A stretch of 63,907 nt of DNA, filler included, from Licmophora abbreviata (lineage: Eukaryota), in the NCBI GenBank assembly GCA_900291995.1. It is 10 parts of 10 records of this genome, joined end to end, with 100 filler letters (N's around TTAATTAATTAA, not from the genome) between each part and the next. Parts side by side here need not be neighbours in the genome. Positions count along the whole stretch, not along the records: positions 34,344 to 43,147 come from OLMU01000894.1; positions 43,248 to 52,310 come from OLMU01000895.1; 8 more parts are not named here. One strand, 5' to 3'. The position numbers and the translations under genes are program-made. This document shows, one piece after another, positions 35,165 through 47,631 of the stretch (positions are counted from its first letter, which is position 1; every line of letters starts with the position of its first letter). The notes below the pieces were generated by a model. The model was given only the letters and a program-made list of their open reading frames with translations, searched no databases and was not told where the DNA came from.

Positions 35165-38100
35165 ATGCCGTCGACGACTGAGGATGGAAGTCCTCATCGA
35201 CTCAGCATCACTGACACGCACCAAGATTCAACCAAAATACAGGGACGCCGCCTGCCAAATCTTCGCGTGAACACCGCCTCATCCCCCACCAACCAAGAAG
35301 ACTCGCTAGATTCATCAGCGTCGGATACCAAGTCTAGAAAAGAGAAGGTCACACAGCAAATTCATAAAATTCGCCGGAAACTCAATCCGAGAAGCAACAG
35401 GGCGAGATGGCGCTATCGAACGGACAAGACTAAGATTGTTGAAGAAGAGGACAATCATTCGGATTTATCGTTAACAGGTGGAGAAGATGCTTCCATTGCA
35501 CTGAGCGAAAGCTTTCACGGGGAGTTTGGATCAACTACCGATGCAGAAATGCTTCACGTGTCGGATTCCATACTCCAACACAGTCCCAATGTGGAGCCGA
35601 GGTCCATTCTACGGCGCTCCCAATCCAGCTCCCCAATCGAAACTGTGATGCATCATACCAATCATCAGCGATCTGTTCAGCGCCGTCTGCACCTACGAGG
35701 TGTTTCGTTTGACAATGACACCACACCGACATCGCACGGTTCGATTGCCTCTACTTCGCCGTCGATGGACAACGGTTTGAAACTGAGAACCTTCTCCTCC
35801 AACGCCAAGGAGTTTCGCGTGAAACCACATCACTGCTTTTCGGGGACCGTTTACATGACCGAGGCAGAAATATACCGAAGTATGATGCGGCCATCACAAC
35901 AGGTCGAGTTCCTTCAGTCGTATGTCAAGCCAACGCTCAAAAAGCCTCCTATCACCCAGTCGCAAGTGAACCAAACCGTACAACGTTTGTATGGCACGCC
36001 GCAGGATCGGCGCATCGGGTCACTACGAGTCGAAACCTTAGGGTGTGTTGGCTTGGCATCTGTCAAGCCAGACGTGTCAGTGTATTTAATCTGCGGTGAT
36101 TCTGCTTTTGTCACGGACGCGGTACACTCGTGTCGATCTCCCATGTGGCCGTTCCAATCGAAACGGGCGGCAGTCTTTCCCGTTCATCATGCCTATGCTA
36201 GGTTATACGTGGGCGTGTTTGGCGGGAAGAAAGAAAAGAATGACGCATTTCTTGGGAGAGTTGTATTGGATTTGGCAGTCTTACGACCCAATACCGAGTA
36301 CGATGTAACGTTCCCATTGCGATCGTCGTCTTTCATTTACGACCGGCGTCCGAGGGGAGTCATTCGGTTACGATTCAGCCTGCATTGGTTCAGTGAGAAG
36401 GCCGCAATGCTATCCTATCTTACGTCGGCAAAATCTCTCTCGAGTGATGCTCCGGACAAGAGCCCGTCGATTCCCTGCGGGGACCCGAAATCGTTTCGCA
36501 ATGTCGCTCTTACGTTGCATGGCAAGGATCTACCAGGAAAGTACAGTAGGACAGCCTTTCGAGCAACGATGAGGGAGTTCAACCTGAGTCAACAGAACCT
36601 GAGGGTGAGTTTAAGAAATGTACATACACCCAGTGCGCTTGAACGGCTCAGCTTTCCTCACAACACTTTCCCTTTGTCGCATACAGTTCTTGGTTGAGGT
36701 TTTGGCGAAGGATGCAATCCTCTACGAGAAGCCGCTATTCTCTTTGTACATCTTTTGCACCTGGATGTATTGCGTCGTCAGTAACTCTACGAGATTTGCC
36801 CCGGCTTGTCTTGTTGGCTACTTAATTCTGAACTTGGTGAGCAACTATTTTTACTTTAATCTCAGCGAGCAGAACCATCTCGGCTATGCTCCACCGACAT
36901 TGCGGGAAATGGCGAGCAGTCTTTTCATTGAACAGGAGACCGGAAGCGTGAAGCCATTGATGGTGAAGAAGAAGGCCAAGAGCGGGCGCAGAGGATCAGG
37001 AACCGCCAGCGCTAGCTACCAGTCGGTAGGAGATCTTGAATCTGAGGAGGATATTGAGCCAATGGATCACAGAGAGTTTCCTTTCTCCGAACGCGATGAG
37101 TACCGCAAGCTTACAGTTGAAGATGCCTTGGCGTACCACAAGAGTTCCGCAACACGATGTAAGTTTGTCTCGAGCCAACGCTCTTGATTTTCGCTGTCTG
37201 TACTCTTCAAACTGAACCGATCGTGTGTTTTCGATGAGCAGCACTTGCGGACCTCAGACCGACGCGACATCGTCAGTTGTCCATCTATGTGAAAGATGGA
37301 ACCTTATCATCGGCAGCTTGCGAAGCAGACAATGGCTACGAGAGGGACGAGAAAGTTGAAGAAGAGGATCTTGAGGAGAGCGACGAAGACGAAATGAACG
37401 TCTCTGCACACGGAGACGAAGACTCGGCCTTTCTGTTCGACGAGGCTGATGATGATGACGAGGATGACATTGAGTTGTCTCGTAGGCTACGTCTCACGGC
37501 ATCTCAACTGCTGCGCCGTATTCCTCTTGGACCTCCTCAGGACTCGGGTAAACAGCCGAGGAAACGGATACCACCCCAGGTTGTCCTTTCGCGAGCAGAG
37601 AATAAACTCCATAGGTTCACAGGCAACATCTCGATGGACAAAGTCTTCCATACAAATCTCGTGCGTCGTGCGGATCGTACTCGCCAAGCAAACGATGAAT
37701 CAGAACTTCCATTCCGAAAGGATCATCTGGATACCCAAAAGCGCAAACAACGAGAACACTTTGATGACTACGACAAGCGCTTGGGCTTTCGAAAGCGCCA
37801 CACGAATCCCGTAACCCAAGTCACGGCCGGGTTCCTGGGCCCAATTATGAGAATTATTCGCGTCTTCTTGGTTGCCCTTCGGGTGTTTTTCAACGTGTTC
37901 GCCTGGAAAGATCCGATGTTGTCGTTCTGGGCGCTTGTATTTTTGGTTTTGCTAATGGCAGTCTTGCTGGCTTTCCCGTGGCGAAGCTTTTTCTTTCTCG
38001 TTGGAGTTGGCTGCTTTGGACCGCAGGTAAGCGAACCTCCAAACGTCTACGGGAAGATGTTGTTTTGTGATTCCTGTACTAGGCGTCTAACCTTCAGTGC

Positions 38101-38688
38101 ACTCTTTTCGATTGTCACTAGAACATTTTGGTTCGAAAGCATATTGAAGCCAAAGAGGCAAAGAAAACGGAGGAAGAGATGCAGAATGGAGGCTCCAGCG
38201 ACGGCCTTAGTTCCTCCTTGCACTCCACCGTCGACGGTTCTTCTCACTCTGCTGGAGGTATTCAAGAAGAAGACGAGGATCACCACCTGCACAAAAGAGG
38301 TCCCCGCCAACGAATTCAACACAAAATTGCTCGGATAAAAGAGCGACGAAGACTCAAGAAGGAGGAGTCTATGGACTCCCAGCACGGAGTCTGTCCCGCC
38401 CGTCCACCGTTTACAGCACACAGACCGTCCAAAAGCTCCGCCAGGAACAATCAGTTGCTCCCCCGAGACGTCGTTGTACCATATACGCGAGGCAGAACAG
38501 AGCGCTTCTATGACTGGCCACCGGACCCTACGGTTGCGAGGGCAACGCCCATTTCGGTGGCTGATAGCGCACCAGTTGCGATGTCGCTGGAAGAAAAGTG
38601 GATGTCCTTGGCACCTGACACGACGCAGTCTGAACAGGGCGATAGCAACCTTCGCCGTCGGCCATCTGCTTTGCAGAAAGAAGAGTGA
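35165..38688 (+). CDS. C2-domain membrane protein (MCTP/PRT-C-like C-terminal hairpin); 4 exons
   Basis: C2-like GSLRVETLGCVGL...PMWP...FLGRVVLDL...GVIRLRFSL; C-terminal FNVFAWKDPMLSFW followed by a hydrophobic hairpin and GPQ. Confidence 0.72.
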
Positions 38689-38976
38689 TCGAATAATGAT
38701 AAAGAAGACACTTAGACTTTATGCCATACATTTTGTGGGGGTGTAATTCCAGTTTCTATATCTTGCTAGAGAACACCAAATATACCGCCCCCAGGCGCGA
38801 AAGTCGATTCGAAAAATGCTCAGTCTGTCCCTCGCTGGTCAAAATACTGCCACGTGGAGATCGGAGGTCCTGTCTGTTGACCTGCTGCGATGTGTTTCAG
38901 CTTCCCGCGGCCATGATGGCGAAGACGACGGTATAGACTCCAAGAAATTGCGTCTTCCACTGCGCACTAGCATATA

Positions 38977-40914
38977 ATGAGACGAAGTCGAAGCTTCGGA
39001 ATGAAGCGCCATGCTGTCTGGAGCAGTCTGTGGCTTGCAGCAGTCACCATGGCGCGGGCTGCACAAAACTCAAAGAAGTTCGTCGTGTCAGTGATGGATC
39101 TTTCCTACAAGTCACATCTTGGCGCCCAGACTTTGTCGACTGCCATTTCGGATACGATACGGTCTACGAGCCCGAACGAAGTCGAGCTGGATGTATCCTT
39201 TTCGGAGCTTGGGAACGATGGCATGGAGCTGATTCTGCAGTCGCTTCGACCGTCATCAAACGATACCTGGTCGGAGATTCCGTCACACTTGACGGCGCGT
39301 ATGAACCGACTGACACCCGAGGGGGCTACGAGAATAGTCGCACAGTTACTTGGCGGGGAAGAAAAAGACACGAAATCAAGTGATGCGATGGTTAAGACAG
39401 TCGGTAATGAGACGAACGTAACGGGAAAGATCGCTCCGCTCTTCCTCAGGTCGCTCGATTTGGGTTTCAATAATCTCGCTCCAAGTGAGACTGGAGCCAA
39501 GAGCTTTCATTCTTCGCTCAGGAAGCTAATCGAGAGTTCAGCAAAATGTCCACCCGTACTACGACTGGAGCGATGTGGGCTAGGACCCGCCGCTTGTCGA
39601 GCAATCGGAAAGGGTATCGTGAAACGATTTGAGTCCAACAAGGATAGCAAATCCAACCGACTGTCTCTCTCCTTGTGCGGAAACGGAGCGATTGGCGATT
39701 CGGGGGCAGCCACAATAGCGGCTGCGATACGTTCTGTCACCTCGTCTCATGAAAGTCGCAAAGACGCGGATGGGTCAGACGAGAGCCCTGTCGTGTTTGA
39801 AGTTCTCGATTTGTCATCATGCGAAATTGGCGATGCAGGCGTCGAAGCAATAGCCATGGCGCTTAGGGGTCACCCTGGATGCGTGCGGCACTTGAATCTG
39901 AGCAACAATCGGATATCGGATGATGGCGCAGCGGCGATTGGAAATGCACTGGCATCATCCCGTGATGCGGGATGTCTCGAGTCGTTGGATCTGAGCGACA
40001 ATGTAGATCTGAGTGACCGAGGAGCATCTGCGCTTGCGGAGTGCTTGGAGAAGGCCGTCCTACGAAAGCTATCGGTTCGTAGCTGTAAGATCAGAGCGGA
40101 TGGTGCACAAGCCTTTGGTAGCGCATTGGCAAGGCTTGCACAGCGCGACACGGCATCGACGCTGGACCTTGACCTCAGCGGCAATCCTCTAGGCGTGCTT
40201 CGTAGCAAGGACAAGAGCGGGAAGAAATACTCGGCGAGCGTCTTCAAGAGCAAGGCCAGCGCAACGACGGCGTCTTATGTAAATTTCATTGGAAAGAAGA
40301 TACGAAGCGGACTGAAAGATGCTGGACTCGCTGCCCCGGCGTCAGGAGAGAGCGACGACGAAGAAGAGGAGCTCATGGGCAACAATGGCTCAGATGACTC
40401 GGACAAGAGTGATTATTCGAAAGCAAGATGTGGACTCAAGGCATTCGCGAGTACTCTTGTTGTTGGTGAGCATGATGTGGACGACGAAGAAAGTGAATCC
40501 CCGAAGCCATCATTATCGAATATTCTCAAGTGCAACTTGGCAGTTCGCCACTGCACGCTGGATCGCAGTGGTGCCGACGCGCTAGCAGCGACAGTTCTGC
40601 AAGGCAAGGCGCGACTCGGGATTGATCTCATCATCGATTCCAGAATGAATCCTGTATTGGAGGAGGATATGGTCGATGCTCTACGCGGCGAGGATCCCGC
40701 GACGCTGGAAGAAATGACGGAACGACACATGGTCGCATTAGAGGTGCTACGCGTGGCCGAGCAAAGGGCTGCCGAAGCATCGGCAGCGGCAACCGAACGA
40801 GCGCGGCACGAGGCTTCTTGGGATGCAGAGGACGACTTTGGACTGAATTTAGACAGATTCAGCGACGAGGGGAGCGACATCGATGCTGACTATGACGATA
40901 CAGGCTACTATTAA
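38977..40914 (+). CDS. RNI-like leucine-rich-repeat protein with signal-peptide-like leader and acidic C-terminus
   Basis: Repeated LDLS.N.I.D.GA.A(I/L)A.AL motifs. Confidence 0.85.
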   Translation: MRRSRSFGMKRHAVWSSLWLAAVTMARAAQNSKKFVVSVMDLSYKSHLGAQTLSTAISDTIRSTSPNEVELDVSFSELGNDGMELILQSLRPSSNDTWSEIPSHLTARMNRLTPEGATRIVAQLLGGEEKDTKSSDAMVKTVGNETNVTGKIAPLFLRSLDLGFNNLAPSETGAKSFHSSLRKLIESSAKCPPVLRLERCGLGPAACRAIGKGIVKRFESNKDSKSNRLSLSLCGNGAIGDSGAATIAAAIRSVTSSHESRKDADGSDESPVVFEVLDLSSCEIGDAGVEAIAMALRGHPGCVRHLNLSNNRISDDGAAAIGNALASSRDAGCLESLDLSDNVDLSDRGASALAECLEKAVLRKLSVRSCKIRADGAQAFGSALARLAQRDTASTLDLDLSGNPLGVLRSKDKSGKKYSASVFKSKASATTASYVNFIGKKIRSGLKDAGLAAPASGESDDEEEELMGNNGSDDSDKSDYSKARCGLKAFASTLVVGEHDVDDEESESPKPSLSNILKCNLAVRHCTLDRSGADALAATVLQGKARLGIDLIIDSRMNPVLEEDMVDALRGEDPATLEEMTERHMVALEVLRVAEQRAAEASAAATERARHEASWDAEDDFGLNLDRFSDEGSDIDADYDDTGYY

Positions 40915-42111
40915 AAATTAGCGTCGAGAGCGTTTACAGTTTGATGTTCCGTCGTTTCGTTAGTTTGCTCTGGATTCTTGATCTCTCGACCCACTTTCAA
41001 CTTGGAAAGGTTACGCACTCCTTTCTATTACGGTAAGTGCTGTAGAAGGAGCAAAGGACGATCTAAGACAGGTGAGATGTACCAGTCTCCAGAAGCAGTG
41101 TGATAGCATACAATCGCAGTTTCCCTTCGTCGTTTGGCCTTAGTTGGTGGTGCATCGCGTGTCTCGACATGTGGATGCAAATGACAAAATAAGAAGGAGT
41201 CTACCTCTTTCGGGGCATCCTCCAACTCACGTCACTGCGAATAAATTTCCGTACAGGTCTATGAATGGATGGTTCATCATCATTGGCCGTCCCACAGGAG
41301 TGTCGAAAGGGAACAGAAACAGACATGGTTCTTACAAAAGAGACGACTTACGTGATGAACACAGGAAAAACGGGCGGATTGAATTTCAGACTCACTCGCT
41401 CGACGGATACCTATAAACTATAAAAGTGGACAAGGGAGACGAAGCTTTGTCATTAGATCAATATCGTTTCAGATGAAACACCCCAACAGACGCGCACTTC
41501 TTTAGGACACCCTTCAGGAGCTTGTTCGTGATCACGCTGCAACACAATAAAAGTATGCGCAGTCATTTGACACGCATGAATGATTATAAAGCAAGAATTT
41601 TCATCGCAAGGGATCGCATAGTCTATACTAAACGAGTAGTTCTCAATAGAAAAAAGTCGAAATCAGCCTGAGGGATGCTCACCTCTCTCATATCCATGTC
41701 GTCGATGTGCAGTCCGCGGCGATAGCCTCAAAAAGACTTCTCGTTGGTTGAAATGGAGCTCAAAGCGATGTCTACATGCTGGATCCGCCTGTCGTCCTGC
41801 TGAAAGGCTGGGACACTAACACCTGACGCCTGATGTAGTCTATATATATCATGGTCGATCTGTGTCCCAGCGACGACGACCATCGATCAATTTTTGTGAT
41901 TTTGAATTTGGGTGGACGTGAGGTGCCCTCCCGCGCGAACTGAAAAGCGCGCGATCTGTGTTGCTCACGGATGATGGCAGGACGTCTGTCGTCGGCCCGC
42001 CGAACGGCGATGATTCGCGGCAGCAACACACATGACAAACACACCCACCGTCGTCGCCGTCACTGTGCTACTTTTTCTCCATCGTCTGCATCATCATCAT
42101 CACCCTTTCCC

Positions 42112-44334
42112 ATGCCCGCTGCGAGTTCACCTCGACGAAGTTCCAATCGGGCGTCCGTGTCTAAAACAAACAAGCAAACGGGCCTCCGAGAGATCGTTCA
42201 AAAGCGATTGCTGACCGATGTCTTTGACAATTGCATGAGTAAGGCGTGATGCATTTCTTGGATGCACTTCTTTGCCTTCTTGTCATGTCTCCAATCTGAC
42301 TTTCGTAATTGCTCTTACTACAGAATCCTGGTCAGGCTGGTCTGTCTTGGTCATGGACGAAGACGCAACGCGCGTAATCTCCAGTGCCGTCGGCATGTAC
42401 GACATTATGGAGCGCAAGGTCATGCTCGTGGAGGATCTTTACAAGAAACGCGCCCCCTTTGCGGACCGAGCTGCAATCTACCTCATGGCGCCCACGGAAA
42501 AGAATGTCGACAAAATGCTCGAGGACTTTCACGGAGACAAGCCACTCTACGGACCGGCGGCGTTTGTCTTCTTTCTTGGTCGCTGCCCAGATCGACTCGT
42601 CAACAAGATCAAGGAATGCCGGCCGCTTCTCAAGGTACTCAAGAAATTCTCCGAGGTCAACGTCGACTTTCTCCCCAAGGAAATGCGGGCCTTCCATCTC
42701 GACATGCGCTCTTCCTTCAAAAGCATCTACGGCAAGCGGACCAAGGTCGAGCACGCCATTGCAGACAAGCTCCTCACAGTCTGCGCCACTCTCAACGAGT
42801 ACCCTCACATTCGCTTCCCACAAGACTCTCGCTTCTGCCAGGCCCTCGCCAAGTCCTTTCACACGCGCATGGACACCTTCCTTCGCAACAATGCCGACTT
42901 TTGGTACCACGGCGATGCCACGCACACGGATCGCGATCGGGCCACCCTCCTCCTCTTGGATCGTCGCAACGACTGTCTCTCGCCGCTCATGCACGAATTC
43001 ACCTACCAAGCGCTTGTCAACGACCTACTCTCCTTGGACGAAGATCGAATTACCATCGAGATGGAGGCCTCGACGAAGGATGATTCCGCCAAGAAGGTGA
43101 AACAAGAGTTCTTGCTCAATGAGAATGACGCACTGTGGGTCGAGCTTNNNNNNNNNNNNNNNNNNNNNNNNNNNNNNNNNNNNNNNNNNNNTTAATTAAT
43201 TAANNNNNNNNNNNNNNNNNNNNNNNNNNNNNNNNNNNNNNNNNNNNTTCCAAGCACATTGCCGATGTCGGACAGATTCTGAGCAATCGCATTCGAGAAA
43301 TGATCAATTCAGACACGTCCAAAGTCACGCATCGTGAAAAAGGTACCATGACGGTGGCGGACATGTCAAAGGCATTGCAAGCTCTCCCTGAATACCGCGA
43401 AGTCATGTCGAAGCTCTCGGAACACTTGCGCCTCTCTCAGTTGTGTTGGGAGAAACTCAAGGAGCGCGATTTGGTAGACTTGTCGCAGTTGGAACAGACG
43501 TTGGCGACTGGAAAGGACGAGGATGGTCGCTCTCCCAAGCTGACGGAAATGATGGAGCGCGTGGAGGAAGAGTTGAGGACACTCACGGATACCGTGTTGA
43601 AGATGCGTCTCATTATGATTCTCATTGTCAGTCAAGGCGGTATCAAGTCTCAGTATAAGGAACGCGTGTGGCGTGCGGCCAACTTGAAGGGATCGGCGGA
43701 ACGCGTCATTAAGAAACTGGAACTCATGGGCGTCCCCATTGTTTCGAACGAGCAGAGTGCGCGTGGATTCCAAAAGTTGTTTGGGTAAGTGGTTGAAAGA
43801 TAGAAGTGGCTAGTTGTCGTCGTCGTCGTTGTCTTTCCAGCGTAGCATTGCTAACAACCTCTCTTGTGCTCCTACGACAGTGGCAAGACACTTAAGGCTT
43901 CGGGTACCATTGACGAAGAGACCGAGTACAACAGTCGATACGTCCCTCCCTTCCAGATGATCATTGAAGACTTGGTGCACAACCGACTGAGCATCGAAGA
44001 GTATCCCAGCGTCATGCCCATGCCCGAAATGGGCATGTCAAGCTCGGGTACTGCCACGAGTGCCCGCAAGCGCGACGGAAGTGCTCGCAAGTCTGGCGGC
44101 GCCACGTCGCGATGGCAAAAGTCGACTCCTCAGGAGAAGACCACCAAGCCAGGTCTCTTTTCCGGAGGTCGCGCCATTGTCTTTTATGTCGGAGGTATTT
44201 GTTATTCGGAACTTCGGGTGGCGAGGACCGTTATGGAAAAGGAAAACAAGGAAATTGTTGTCGGATCGACCCACTTTACCAAGCCCAAGGACTTTCTTCG
44301 AGATATCGACAAGCTCGCGGACGCGTCGACGTAG
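42112..44334 (+). CDS. SEC1: Sec1/Munc18 (SM) family syntaxin-binding protein; introns 42239-42323 and about 43786-43880; spans gap
   Basis: WSVLVMD, AIYLMAPT, LLTVCATLNEYPHIR, LLLLDRR.D.LSPLMHEFTYQA, LEQTLATG, IVFYVGGICYSELR, IVVGSTH. Confidence 0.95.
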
Positions 44335-44636
44335 TTTTGTGAGAGTGTGTATGCGTCCGTACGTTCACTAGCTTATCAATTCTTTTTAATATAAACGTCG
44401 GGGTGGTTTGCATGTCATAGACTATGGCTTACGTTAAGTGTAGACGTCGCTGCTAGCTAGTGTTAGCTATTATAGCCTGATCTGATCGGCTCGTCGGCGG
44501 ATTTTGCACCACGGTCCAAAAGTCTGTGTCGTCCTTGTTAATGTCGTGCTCTCTCAGACGGTCAGAATAGCTCGCGCGCCAAAATTGACGAGAAAAATTG
44601 TACACTTTTTGTTTCAAAATCAAGACGACCTTGACC

Positions 44637-47297
44637 ATGGCGTCGGGTGCATCAAAGCTACCGTCACCACAAACCCGCCTTTCTGACTGGAGAGCGGCAC
44701 TGACTCAATTTGAGAAGGCCTTGACATGCGGCGCTTGTGGAAATATCTGCAAGGACCTTCAAACGCACATGAAGTGCGGAAGTGCCATTTGCACGTCGTG
44801 CTATCGGTCCATCATGACGACGACGACGCCATCCTGTCCCTGCTGTCATCTAGACTGCTCCGCGCAGGACGATGTAGTGGAATTACAGAAAATACTTGAG
44901 CTCAATTCGAACTCGCAGAGGAATGCGCGATGTGGTGACAATGATGAACGAACTTCATCAAACATCGTCGACACAGGAGACCCATTTTTGATTTGGGCGA
45001 CTGTCGAAGCCATCATTGGTCGTGCGGAGGAGAAGCAACATAATGAGGAGACCGCCACTACCATTGCAAGTCCATTGAATCATCAGAGGGAAACACACCG
45101 AGAAAGACTGGTTCATCGAAACAACTTTGGCGGCTTGACGTTTTATCGCGGATCGACTCGAAAATCCATCGTGACTGGGCGTATTGGGCGACTTGGATAC
45201 GAAAAGCAGGAACTTCGGCAAGGTAAAGTGTCCAAGGAGAGTAATGATCCTACCAAGCAAGATGCTTCGACTTTCGATTTTCATTCACAATCTTCCATGC
45301 CGAATTCTCAAGAGAATTCGGGAGCGACATGGAACGACGAACGCAACCCTTCCCACGCTCATGGCGACGACTGCGTGGCTTTACGCGACAGTAGCAAGGT
45401 CGACTCAAAGAGGATGAGTCCTTCAACGGCACTGTCTTCTGCTGGTCAGTCTACAATGCAAACAAGAGAGTGCAATGCACCGGACTCCGGAAACTTACTA
45501 GACAGGTCACGCAGTGCCAACGTGTCATTTCGCGTCAGCCTCAAACAACCTCCCCAGATCGATGCAGCCACAAGCGAAACTTGTTCGGATGTCTCGAGCC
45601 AATCGATGCTTTTTATAGATTCCAAGACTCCCCATTGTCGAAAGCTTGCAACTAGCACGCCATCGGACAAGCGCTTCGTGACCCCATCCTCGTCCATGGC
45701 GGCCAAGGCTGTTCCAAGTCACGAACGCTTTGCCGGCGACTCGCAGTCTACGATTTCATCCCGAACGTTGCCGAACACAGAGCAATTCGATCTCTTGCTC
45801 AAGGCGCCCGCTCAGGCTACACCATGCGTCGGCGGCAATGAATTGGAAAACCTTGATCAGAAGTCTGGGACCAGATTCGCGGAAGACTCACAGGCCTCGA
45901 TTTCATCGCATCTGCTGCCGGATACGGAACAATTTGATCTCCTGCTAAATTCACCTGCTCAACAGCCTAAAGGATTGGCCGATGACGAGTCGCAGTCAGC
46001 GTCTAAAGGATCGCAGCTTCTCCCCAGCACATGCGACTATGCGACACTTTTTCATGATCGAGGAGGATTGGAATATGATGTATATTCTCAAAGTCAACCA
46101 TCTACACAAGGCTCTTCGGCGTCGCAACGCGGATCTGCCACTCAGACATCTTCGACAGAAGCGTCTATCCAATCGCAGCTTCTTCCCAACACATTCGACT
46201 TTGAGGAACTCTTGTATTCTCGAAGCGAGCTCGACTCGGCTCGACGATCCGTGTCGACAGCATTACGCCTAGATCGAGCGGACGAAATTTCGCACATTGA
46301 TGCATGCATGGAGAAAGCATCAAAACCTCAGTCTCCTCTCAGTGCGCCTGTTTGTGTCCTTTACGACGAGAGTATCCAAGATAATGTGTTTGATTGTCTT
46401 GAACGACTCGATCATGCCCATCTTTTCAGGCTCGTGCAGTATTGCTCTGAAGTGAAGCATCCCCCAAAGAAGGCAGTCCCGAAGGAGCTTTACGCAACCC
46501 ACTTTGTCCCGTGTGCCGTCAATCGACCCCATCCGTTTCAGCCTGATGGCTCTAGCGTCTCGGCCTGCCTGAGAACCTTCGGATACCTCCGCGCGCTCGC
46601 CATGAGGCTAAGCATCGCGTCGCCAGAATGGCTGCGTGCTTGCGAACGCAACGCAGCACTCACATCGGAATCAGAATGGCCTGTCTGGGGCGACACGATT
46701 CTCTATGACATTGTCAGATCTCTGCAGAACGACACCGAGAGTGCACACGAGTGGATCCGGAAGACGACGTGGTGGGGTCAGGGGGGTGGCCCTGCTACGA
46801 CGCACCCTTGTTTCAGTCTGGAAGATTACAACGTCACTGTTATTCCCAGCACATCGGCCATTGTTGAGGTCACTGCCGACGGCTCTCGGAACGAAGCGTC
46901 AATCTCAGTCGGAGCAAGACCACTGATCAAAGAGGAGGTCCGTGTACGCGCGTTCTGTCTCGTCATCTGCTGTTCATTTGTTTGTTCTAACTTGACTACC
47001 TTGCAAACTGAATGACAGATCCAGGTACTTTGCAAGCTGCTTCGCGCCAACGTGTTGACAGATGTTTCCGACCTGGTTGACGAAATTGGCTTGGGCCGAT
47101 GTAGGACGACACTGATCCTCATAACCGATGGGACTCCGTGGAAGACTGTAAGCTCGTATGTCAACGCCCTGGAAGTCGGGCAACACGACCAGTCGAATCA
47201 TATACACCTCCTTCGTGTATCCTGGCTGATTGACAGCATTGCAGCATCTTCTCTTGCGCCGATAGACATATACAAGTTTCCGTGGCCTCATGAGTAG
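44637..47297 (+). CDS. BRCA1/BARD1-like protein: N-terminal RING, SQ-rich linker, tandem BRCT; intron 46938-47018
   Basis: RING LTCGAC...CGSAICTSC...CPCC; BRCT-type RTFGYLRALA...SPEWLRAC and VSWLIDSIA. Confidence 0.7.
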
Positions 47298-47631
47298 TGT
47301 TACGTGCCTTTGCTTGTAACGATATCGAAGTTACGTCGTCGTCGTCGGTATACACATTAGGCGACTACAATTAGGTATAGCTACGGCACAATGTGGCGGA
47401 TGTTTTCGTACTCTCTTGTAGACCCTATGAAAGTAGCGCACACGTCGCATAGAGTAGAAGGTGATTATCCAAGCAGGTATCGGCGACAGTGCGTATAGAC
47501 TGCCGTAAGTCAACAACCCCGGGGAAGCCCGGCAGCGAAGCGCCACATCACTACATGTCTCTCCGAGGGAGTGTTCTGGCCTTCGACCCGTTGTATGACG
47601 ACGTTTGAGGATTCTCGCAACCCTGAAAATC

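Noticed and set aside
40915..42100. Long intergenic region as possible ncRNA or transposon remnant
   Set aside because: No recognisable tRNA/snRNA motif, terminal repeats or transposase-like ORF seen by eye; an Rfam scan would be needed
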